DNA of 64,000 bases. It comes from Sphagnum compactum. Lineage: Eukaryota. The stretch spans positions 9,238,001 to 9,302,000 of the forward strand of contig OZ234494.1 of assembly GCA_965153455.1 (NCBI GenBank), in the 5' to 3' direction. Positions 54,455-64,000 of the stretch are shown piece after piece (the stretch's first letter is position 1; each line of letters opens with the position of its first letter). The notes beneath the pieces are model-generated. The model saw nothing but the letters and a program-made list of their open reading frames with translations, searched no databases and was not told where the DNA came from. Position numbers and translations under genes: made by a program.

Positions 54455-54650
54455 GTGACCCAAAATGTAAGTATTGCATTTAGGGTATGATCTTTGTATA
54501 AAGAAATGCTTAAACCCCACATGCGTACTTTCGAAATGGCCCAAAATGCAGGTATTGCATTTAGGGTAGGATATTTGTATAAAGAAAGCTTGAACCCCAC
54601 ATGCGTACTTTCGAAATGGCCCAAAATGCAGGTATTGCATTTAGGGTAGG
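54455..54650. repeat. Third block of the ~80-bp subterminal array (3 units)
   Basis: CCCAAAATG(C/T)A(G/A)GTATTGCATTTAGGGTA repeated at ~80-bp period near the right TIR. Confidence 0.9.
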
Positions 54651-57600
54651 GTTTTTAGGGTAGGGTATGTAATTAATAGGGTAGTTAGGTTAGTAGGGTA
54701 GGTGGTGAGTACAGTAGCTAGGTAGAAAAGTGAACAGGGTAGAAAAGTGAGGAGGGTAGCTATGTGTGAGGTCAGGTCCAAGGAAAAACGAGCAAGAACC
54801 AAAAAAAAAAAGTACAATGGTCAGCAGCAAAAAGAAATGGACTGTCATGAACCCCATCCGGCGCCGAATGAAAAAACGCAACCCATCCAGTGGACAGAAC
54901 GGCCAACTGGTGCATTGGTGGCTGTTAATTCACTCTGGCCCGTGTGTAAGGCTCTCTCACCTTGCACATGGCCCCCCTCGTTGTCAAAACAGCCTTGTTG
55001 GAGGTCCTTACCCTACACATTTCACAAAATTTGGGCACATGTGGTGTAAGGAGTTTTAGCCAAGAGGATGTGTTGGGATATTGGGGTTTACCCTTTTAGT
55101 TCAACAAATTTAGGTTTTCGCAAAAGGGAGTGCCTCATGCAGTTGGCTTTCTTCTTATTAGTTGGCTTTGTTAGGGAAAACGTAGGAAGGGGAGGGGGGG
55201 GGGATTTTATTTTAAGTGGGATACCTTATTCCATGCTTCAACCATTTTCCCCTTTGCTTAAGAAAAACCATTCATTTAGTCACCCTTAGATATTAAAATT
55301 CAATAGTATATCAACTTGCCTTTTATATATCATAACATTAAAGGCACTAAAAAATATTGGCTATACAAACATGCAAAGGTTTTATCCACATTCAAATATG
55401 ACAAAACTCAAATAAGAGTTTTTTTTCATTTTAAACCTCATTCTTTTAATGCATTATATTGGTGAATAAGAAATATTCTTATAAACTCACAAGACTATTG
55501 AACTTAAGAAAAATTAGGCCATAAATTGGCACTTGGGCAATCATTTTGTAAGTTGAACCAAGTGGATGAACTAGATTGGAAGATTTCCTTTGGTAGCTCC
55601 TTGTTATTTTGTTTGAGCATCCTAAAAGGAGAACCAACCTTTCCTAGCCCCATCCCATTAGAACCACAATCCCATGAATAGTGGTGAAATGAGGAATGTG
55701 AGGCTTTTACAATTGCTTCAACTTGTCATTGAGGTCATGCATGATACCAAAACAAAATCATAACAACTACATAAGAAAATTTAACATGATGGATAATCAA
55801 ACCCAAAGTTGATTTTGTAAGAATGTCAATGCACTTGGTTCTAACGTAGTACAAAATTCTCAATCAATCACCTTTCCTTTGGTCTCCATGGTCATAGCTG
55901 AATTTGCAATGCTTGTAACAATGTAGGTGGTCTTATGATCATAACACCACCCAATCCATGTGTACAACCTTATATTGTTTGTGAACGTAAATTAACAACT
56001 TGTTCTTAGTAACCCCATGCAATGATCACTATAAATCCAAACAAGCTTCTATTAAGTTATTCTCAAATGTCCTTGACACCTAAAGTCAATTGTTGATTTT
56101 GAGATATAGAATGACAAACAAGCACTATACTTATTAAATTTTAAATATAAGACAAGTGCACACCCCTTCATAAACCCAATTGCAAGAATCATTTATTTCA
56201 TAGAAACTCTTCCACTTTTTAAATATATAGTCTGAAACACATAAATTGAAATGATCACTTTTCAATGTCCCACTTTCTCAACCAACTTAACAAGCATTAG
56301 CAAAATAATAATAATAATATGAAATCTAGTGCAAAAATGGAAATTACTCCTACATGAGCTCAAAAAATGTGTTACTATCAACATTCACTTGTTTTTCACT
56401 ATGAGAAAATAAGGGTTTTTGCAACTTGTTTTGTAATTCAATTTTTTGCCTTCTACTAGACATTTGCAACTTCAAATATTTTTCCAACATGAAATTGCTA
56501 TCAAATGCATTGTTCCAATTGCATCAAACACAATTTTTCATATGGAAATGTATATTTACTAAACATACGTTCAATTATGTTCAACTCACAGTGCAACTAA
56601 GGTGTCCACCTAAATTTCCCACACAAATTACCCATGCAATTTGAACAAACATGGTGTTTTACATGGCTTTTCATTCATCCATTGATGAAACAAAATTTGA
56701 TGTCCATTGCAATTAACTTGTAACAAATGCATTACTAAGTCATTATCTTATGACTAATGAGTTTCAACCTATCAATTTGTTGTTGGAACTATTTTATAAT
56801 TAATATCCATTTATGGATGATATTATTTTTCATTTTTTAAAATTGGCAATGATGAATTTTCATTATAAAACACATTACATAAATCCATTGCACAAATAAT
56901 GATAAACATTGTGCTCCAATGATATAATTGTCTGTGTTGATATTCAATGTTAGAAAATACAATATTCATGAACATTTTTTTACATCTTTAATATTAAGCT
57001 ACAAGTTGTTAAAATTATTATTATAAAAAAAATTATCTTGTATATATTGTTACTTAATGTTAAGAAGTCCACCTTGTCTATGTTCAAAAGTTGGACTATA
57101 TTTTGATAACTACCAAATGTGAAATGATGCTTGCACATCTGAATAAAAATAATTTTATTACATTTGAAAAAAAATTAATATCCACCTTCTAAAACTAAGT
57201 AAAAGTCTTTTGTAACGAACAAGCAATGACCTAATATAGTGTCATCATTAAATTATCATTGAAATGCAATATAATCAATGCATTATAACCATTTCATATA
57301 ATCAAAATTTTCCATTTCCCTTCATTTTTGTTGGTTTGGCATTTCTTTTACTTTTGCTATCCATATTTAGGTACACATATTGTGAAATTGAATAAGCATA
57401 TCCTATAACTACAGTTCAACTTATAAACAACATACACACAATGTGATATGTTAAAATTCTCATTATAATCCAACACAAATAGCACATCATAACCAAACAA
57501 TGATTAATTACAAGCTCTACATTTACACACAATTATGTAAATTCAAAATAAAATGTCATGAACAAAAGTGGAGACCATTGGTTTTGAATTTATTCACATG

Positions 57601-58761
57601 TAAATGTGGATTTACTTTCACCTTTGTTGTTTTTGCACAAATTCTTATTGAATGTGGGACTTACACCATCAAAGTTCATAATCAATAATTCATTCTAGTT
57701 GTATAAAAACAAACAACCTAGCACAATACTCTTAGGGACAAAAACAATGGGTGATATCGTAAATGCATAAACAACATGAGTGATGAACAAATATATTTAT
57801 TCATTACACCCCAAAATTAAAAACTCTTATAATTTCAAACAATTGTCAAGAATAAGACTTTGCTAATTTCAATAAATAAAAAAAGCAAACAAAATGTTAT
57901 TCAAATGAAAAAATAAACAATAAAAAATCACATATTTTCAATCCATGTTATTTAAATAAGATTTTTGTTTCCAAATTTAAACATCTCATTTTTTAAATGA
58001 AAAGCCAAAAATGCAAAAGAATGGTATTATGAAACATGTCTCCTAGTTGTTTCACAAAAAACCAACAAGTTCAAAATAAAAAGAAACAATCCTCTTTTTG
58101 TTCATCCTTTAGAAAATTTTGACACTAAACATAAGTGCATGATAATTATTTATGTAAGTTCCAAGATCTATTAAGAACTATAACCATGTATCACATGCCC
58201 TTGCATATCTTACACAAATTTTAAAATTGTGCGAATAGTTGAAACCTAAGTGAAATTTAATTACATTAATTATGTATTGAACTTTAGTTGCATATCATTT
58301 GCATTATAGTTGTTTATAACAACTTTCATGTAACTTCTAAATAAAGTCAAACAACATTAACCAAAAAATCATACAACAAACATTTATTCTCATTGTAAAG
58401 AACTAACATTTGCAATTCTTTTGTGATTACAATGAATTTCAAACATGACATTATATATAAATGAATCATATTTTTCAGAATTAATTGCAAACGATATTTA
58501 GTTGCATGACAATTCGACCTTGGAAAACATGATGTCTCATAATGTGTGATCACTTTTCAAATATGTTTATCAATTCACATGTTGTGGATATTTATTTAGT
58601 TTTTCAATTTATGTATCATTTATGTTAAGATGGTGCCAACATATTCAACTTGAATTTGGAGGCACAACATGAAAATGGGGTCATTAATATAAATGTTGTG
58701 TTCATTATAGGTGTTGTTCAAAATTTCAAACACATTATTTATGTGATGATTGTAAATATTA

Positions 58762-59806
58762 TGTTGTAACCCTAACGTTGGGTTCATGATTAAGTGTGGA
58801 GTGCAAGGGCCCATGAGGCCAAGAGAGTGTGTTTGGGTGCCCACCTCAAGATGAGTGCTTTCCTATTCTTACTTCTTTGGAAATATCTGACTATAAACCA
58901 AACACAACCGAAATAATGACAGATTTTTTGTCCTTGCAAGGGATGGAACGACAGAAATATTGAAAATCCAGTGAAACACACTTTCACAAATGTGGGAAAG
59001 TGCAAGGGATGGAGCCCAATGATTCCCAAGTGCACTCTCACTTTGGGAATTGCATTCATGCAGGAGTCCTAAATGTTTAGAACTTGGGTTGGAAAGGCAA
59101 ACAAACACCAACTTAGCCCCCCAAGATATTATTGAAAAGATCTTGAAATGTAGATGCCTAAAATGTCCTCGCATTGTTTGTTTAGACCTGATATGCATGA
59201 GTTATGATCAAAAGAAAAGGTGAAAGTCAAATTCTTAATTTGACCCCCGACCACAATTTTCTTTAGAAAAATGGTCAAATGATCTCTGATTGGAGAATGC
59301 GATACACTGTTGGGAAGATCTTTTTGAAAGCTATAAGATAATGTTTTTTTCATTTTTCAAATATGTTTGATTTGATGAAGACATGAGTGTCCAAAATTTT
59401 GGGACAACAAGGGTCCCAATTTTGGGACTCCCACTTGGGAGTCTTGCGAAAAAGTGTAATTCAGATGTAGCCCTCGTAGAGAGTCATAAAATATAGGGAG
59501 GGTAATGATGCCTCTTCCCAAAGGTTGCAGGTCGTGTAAAACTTGTGCTTGAAGTTGTCCTTACTAAATTTGTCACATCATTTACATTCAACTTGCACTA
59601 ATTGCCTTCTTTCCTTGGTTGTACATGTTGATTTCATTTTGAACTTTGGCTTGTGAGTCTGTTCTAGTCCCATCCTAGAACTCCGACACACTCTCCTACA
59701 CCCTGAAATGTTACAATTTAAGGTGCATGCCCCAATTCCTTTCTTTTTCCATTGTTTCATTTTGGAGCCCACATTTGGGTTCCTAAAGGAGTTTGGGGGC
59801 GCATCA
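58762..59806. mobile_element. Solo LTR of an LTR retrotransposon (~1.05 kb)
   Basis: TGTTGTAACCC...GGGGGCGCATCA has TG..CA ends and weak terminal inverted repeats. Perfect 5-bp TSD TATTA at 58757-58761 and 59807-59811. GC content is higher than the flanks. Confidence 0.8.
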
Positions 59807-60857
59807 TATTAACACTTTAATGGACAATATAAATCATATGGGTGTTTGTTCATTTATAAATGAACAATTATAAGTGAACAGTCATAATTTTTTCCAAAAT
59901 TTTAAAATAGTACAATCTACCCATATTTGGGCCATAAACCTAATATATATAAATTCAATTCCTTTGGCCATTCCCAAAGTAAAAATAATAATAACCATTT
60001 ACAACTACAATATAATTATGTTTATGATATATATATTGAATCACACGAGATTTTTTTTGTGCATGCAACTCCAAAACAAATAAGAAAGAAATCTAGTCCA
60101 AAGATGACACAATTTTTTAAAATTTTGCATACCTTTGAAACCTATTTTGAATAATTAAACCATTCATATAGCATTATTTTTTAAAATGAATACTATAATA
60201 GTTACATTGCTTCAAATATTCTTTTAATGTTAGTATGTCAAAACCATGGTTTTGACAAGTTCATATCTCTAGCTTTTAAAAGTAGTTAATGAATGAACAT
60301 AACAAAAAGTCGATCAACATTATAAGACCTTGAAAATAGGTATGTGTGTGGTAATAACCAATGGTTGCAAACGAGAAAACCTTATGAGAAACACACTTCC
60401 AAAATGCATATCTATGAGAGTGCAAAGAAGAGGGTACAAGCACAACAATTTTTAGCCTGTAAACCAAAATGCTCAAATGGAAAGCAATTCTCCTTGTTTA
60501 CAAATTTTATTAAAACAGTGTGTGAAAAACTCCAAACATTTATGGCAACATCATCCATGGCTTTCTTTCTAATGCCTGTGTGTAATTGGAGCTATAGTAG
60601 AAGAAGCTTGTTGAACATGGTAATTGAAAATGAATAGTAGAAGCTATAGTTGAAGCTTGCCCGTTTAAGCTTGCATTTGCATAGTAGAAGCTTGCTTCTT
60701 TGGGAATGAAACATGGCCTTTTAAGCTTGCATTTGTTTTTTTTTATATGCATACCATAATCTGTTCAAATCTTCCCGGCACTGGGGAGGGTTGAGAATTC
60801 AAGCTCAGCTGAAGAGGAGGAGGAGGAGGGGGGAGAAGGAAGGAAGCAAGGGGCAGG

Positions 60858-63800
60858 ATGGCGGAGAAGAAGTCGGCTTACGAGATGATGATGGAGAGAG
60901 CCAGAGCTGGTGCCAAGGGTAAAGGGGGACGGCCACCAGCTTCCTCGTCGCTCAAAGCCAAAGAGGCTGCTGTCACCCTCGCCCGCAAGGAAGAGGAAGC
61001 TGCTGCTGCTGCTGCTGCTGCCAAGGATTCGTCAACAGAAGCTGGGAAGACGGCAGGAGGGATCGTCGTCCTGTCTGTTGCTGATCGCGTTGCCTTACTC
61101 TCCAAGAAAGAGACGGAGTTCGATCCTCAAATGGCTGCGTTCTGGAAGCCCGGCGAACACGTACCTTTCATCTTTCTCGCTAGTGCCTTTGATAGTAAGC
61201 TCTTCTCTTCTGTTGTCGAAGCTTTTCCTCTTCTCTCTCTCTCTGTCTCTCTCTGTATTCTCCCTTTTTCCGTCTTGATTGCTGTTAAACCCTAAACCCT
61301 AACCCTGAAGCTCAGTAGTATCAGAGCTCCACAAGTCCCATGCTGCTGTTGTTCTCGGATGTGCACAAGCCATTTCCAATCACAACTCTGCACATCTGGA
61401 ACAATGCTGTAACAAAATCCCTTCCTTTGCTTGTATTTTGTTGCCAGAGGTTTCAAATTGCCAATACCCTAAACCTTAAATCTCTGACAATTGTGTAGCT
61501 TGATGGGGAACTTAGTCATTGGAATAGTGTTTCTGCCTCCTACAGAGGAATGGAGAAAGTTCATGCAGCAGCAGACTTGTGCATGTGAATTTCTTGTGCA
61601 CATGCTGATGGTTGCTTGCTTCTTTCTTGGCAGTGATCTCTGATGAATCTGGCAGGCTAGCGATGACAAACATTCTTTGCAATGTCTTCCGTACCGTGAT
61701 CTCTACAACACCACAGGACTTGCTGGCTGTTGTGAACCTGTCAGCCAACAGAATTGCACCAGCTCATGAAGGTGTGGAGCTCGGCATAGGTGATGCTGCG
61801 ATCATCAAGGTCTTGACAGAAGCTTACGGGCGAAAAGACGAACAGATTAAAGCCCAGTTGAAGGTAGTGATCAAAGCTCAATGATGTCTCTGCTGCAATA
61901 ACAACAACAACATTGACATAGACATATGTCTATGAACCTCTTTCTTTACTGTGGGCACCAGGTGTTTGAATGCTTCTGCATTTTTGTATTGGAGTGCAAG
62001 TCTCTGAGCTTTTGATATGCTTATGAATGCAGACACTGGGCGATTTGGGTTCTGTTGCCAAGTGCAGTCGCTCCTCGCAGAAGCTCATGTTCAAGCCTGC
62101 TCCTTTGTCATGCATGAAAGTGCTGGACACTTTCAATGAAATTGCCAAGGCAAAGAAGCTTCTGCCTGCCCTTTTCTTCTTTCTGAATTTGGTTGGGTTC
62201 TGCATGCTTGAGCTTGTACCATTCAGCCTTAAATCTCACATTGAAGCTGAGGAAGAAGTCTTCTTATGTTATGATACTCAATCACATCACAGGAAGCTGG
62301 AAACCAGAGTCAGGATAAAAAGCGTGCTCGAATGAAAGCTTTGTTGGTGGCTGCTACTGATTGTGAGCCCCTGTACCTTGTCCGCCTTCTTCAGGTCACT
62401 TCCTCCCTCACTTTTCTAACTGATAGTTTACCACTATTGTATGTTTGTTGTTGGCATATTACTTCTACAATCCTTTGTGGATCATGTGTATTACATACAG
62501 GAGCACAACATTATCATTCTAGATTTGTATATCCTTTCTTGATGCTTTTGTTATGTTAAACCTGCTTCTGTTGCCACCCTTAATCTGCACGTTTGAACTT
62601 CATCAGCTGCCGGAGAGAGTTTTTTGTTATGCCTTGAAGCAACATTTGCTGGGGAGCTTACAGAGATCATATCACTTCTTTGTTGGCCTCCCTCTGACTT
62701 AGTTCCAATATGATTGCAGTCTAAGCTTCGAATAGGGCTGGCAGAGAAGACAGTGCTGGCTGCTCTTGCACATGCAGCTGTGCTTTCTGAGGTTCCAAAA
62801 GTACCTCCTGCACAGCTTGCAGCTAGACTCGAGGAGGTATAGACTCCTTACAGAATTGCTTGCTGTCTTTGATGTTTTGCCTTTTGGCTGGCCCCTTTCC
62901 TTTCTGCGGCCAGGTTTTTGTCTGAAACTCTAATACACTCCAGGCGGATAGAGAGTATTTATACCTTGAAAGTGATGATGTGACTGGGGTGCAGGCAGAG
63001 GAAATCATGAAACACACATATTCAGTGCTCCCCATTTATGAACAGATAATAGATGCAGTGCTGAAATTTGGAATTTCTAAGCTGTCAGAAGTCTGTAGCT
63101 TCAAACTGGGTGTCCCTGTGGGACCCATGCTTGCAAAGCCCACCACAGGAGTCTCTGAGGTTCTCAACAAGTTCCAGGACATGGACTTCACATGTGAATA
63201 CAAGTATGATGGAGAGAGAGCTCAGGTTCTCCTTATCTTTCCCCCATTGATGTTTCTTTTGTGATTGAAGTCTTTTATCAGGCCTCATTGTATTAGGAGG
63301 TGTTGGGTTAGATATCACTCCTAGCAAACCACATCTGACATGACTGTATTCCCATTCAATCTTTTTGTCAGAGTTTGTATGATGACAGTGGATACATGTC
63401 TTGGAGCAATTGCAGATACATTATATGGAAGATGGAACTATCCAGATTTATAGCCGAAATGCAGAACACAACACTGGCAAGTTCCCTGATATTGTAGCTG
63501 CAATGCCTAGGTGCGTAATGGATCCTTTAGTTGTCACCTTCAACTGAATGAACGGAAGCCAATTTTTGCCATCTTGCATCTTCTATGATCCTTAAATCAG
63601 GCCATTGAACCTGTGCTATTCAAGGAGCTTAGTCCCTGAGCATTTGGAAGGACCTTTTTTGGACTTTGTACCTCTCCTTGCAAAACCAAGTTCACTAAGT
63701 TTGGCCTAATCTTGACAATGCAATGTGTAGTTCATGTGTGCTTCTGATATTCTTCAATCTGTAGCAAATTAGCTCTCAGTAGTGTGATGGCATCCATCAA

Positions 63801-63953
63801 AGGAGTTCTAATCCTTTTCAAGATCTGCAGTGGACCTCATTCTTGTATTTTATGGCTGGGGGCAGATTCATGAAACCAGGTGTGACATCATTTGTTTTGG
63901 ATTGTGAGGTGGTAGCTTATGATCGTGAAAAGAACAAAATTTTGCCATTCCAG
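60858..63953 (+). CDS. LIG1: DNA ligase I (ATP-dependent), 5' part; continues beyond the window
   Basis: Exons 60858-61194, 61634-61863, 62033-62149, 62293-62394, 62720-62836, 62995-63225, 63416-63510, 63866-63953 join in frame. Motifs WKPGEHVPF, GVELGIGD, GDLGSVA, PMLAKP, adenylation motif EYKYDGERAQ, YSRN and LDCEVV. Confidence 0.97.
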
Positions 63954-64000
63954 GTGAGTGCTTGGAAACACATCTGCATAGTTTCTGGATTCTTGGGTGC

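Larger units (their letters stand above)
45537..54935. mobile_element. 9.4-kb TIR DNA element of unassigned superfamily, no recognisable transposase
   Basis: 32-bp TIR GAGTGAATTAGCAGCCACCAATGCACCAGTTG (45537-45568) matches CAACTGGTGCATTGGTGGCTGTTAATTCACTC (54904-54935) with 1 mismatch. Flanked by a 16/19 direct repeat. Contains internal tandem arrays and a zinc-finger gene. Confidence 0.85.

Noticed and set aside
52066-54650. CRISPR array or true telomere/subtelomere
   Set aside because: Whole ~80-bp units repeat with no unique spacers, TTTAGGG occurs singly per unit, and ordinary genes lie on both sides.

Overview
Eukaryotic land-plant nuclear DNA, most likely a moss (inferred from intron style, repeat families and TTTAGGG motifs). 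GC-richer genic islands alternate with AT-rich, TE-derived spacers. Five spliced host genes can be built with phase-consistent exons: an uncharacterised coiled-coil gene (-, at least 1750-4108), an RsgA/EngC-type circularly permuted GTPase (-, 7728-11305), a GT64/EPC1-like glycosyltransferase (+, 36671-39571), an F-box/PP2-B lectin (-, 39999-40994) and DNA ligase I (+, from 60858, running off the window). Two pseudogenes are present (GDP-mannose 4,6-dehydratase, PPR). Mobile DNA includes several MITEs (one nested in another), a solo LTR with a perfect 5-bp TSD, and hAT and CRE-like relics. The most unusual object is a 9.4-kb element (45537-54935) with 32-bp TIRs, flanked by an imperfect 19-bp direct repeat that is far longer than the usual eukaryotic cut-and-paste TSDs. 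It carries a three-exon C2H2 zinc-finger/tandem-repeat gene, possible captured DNA and telomere-motif-containing subterminal arrays, but no recognisable transposase. All family assignments come from motif recognition by eye; no database search was run.
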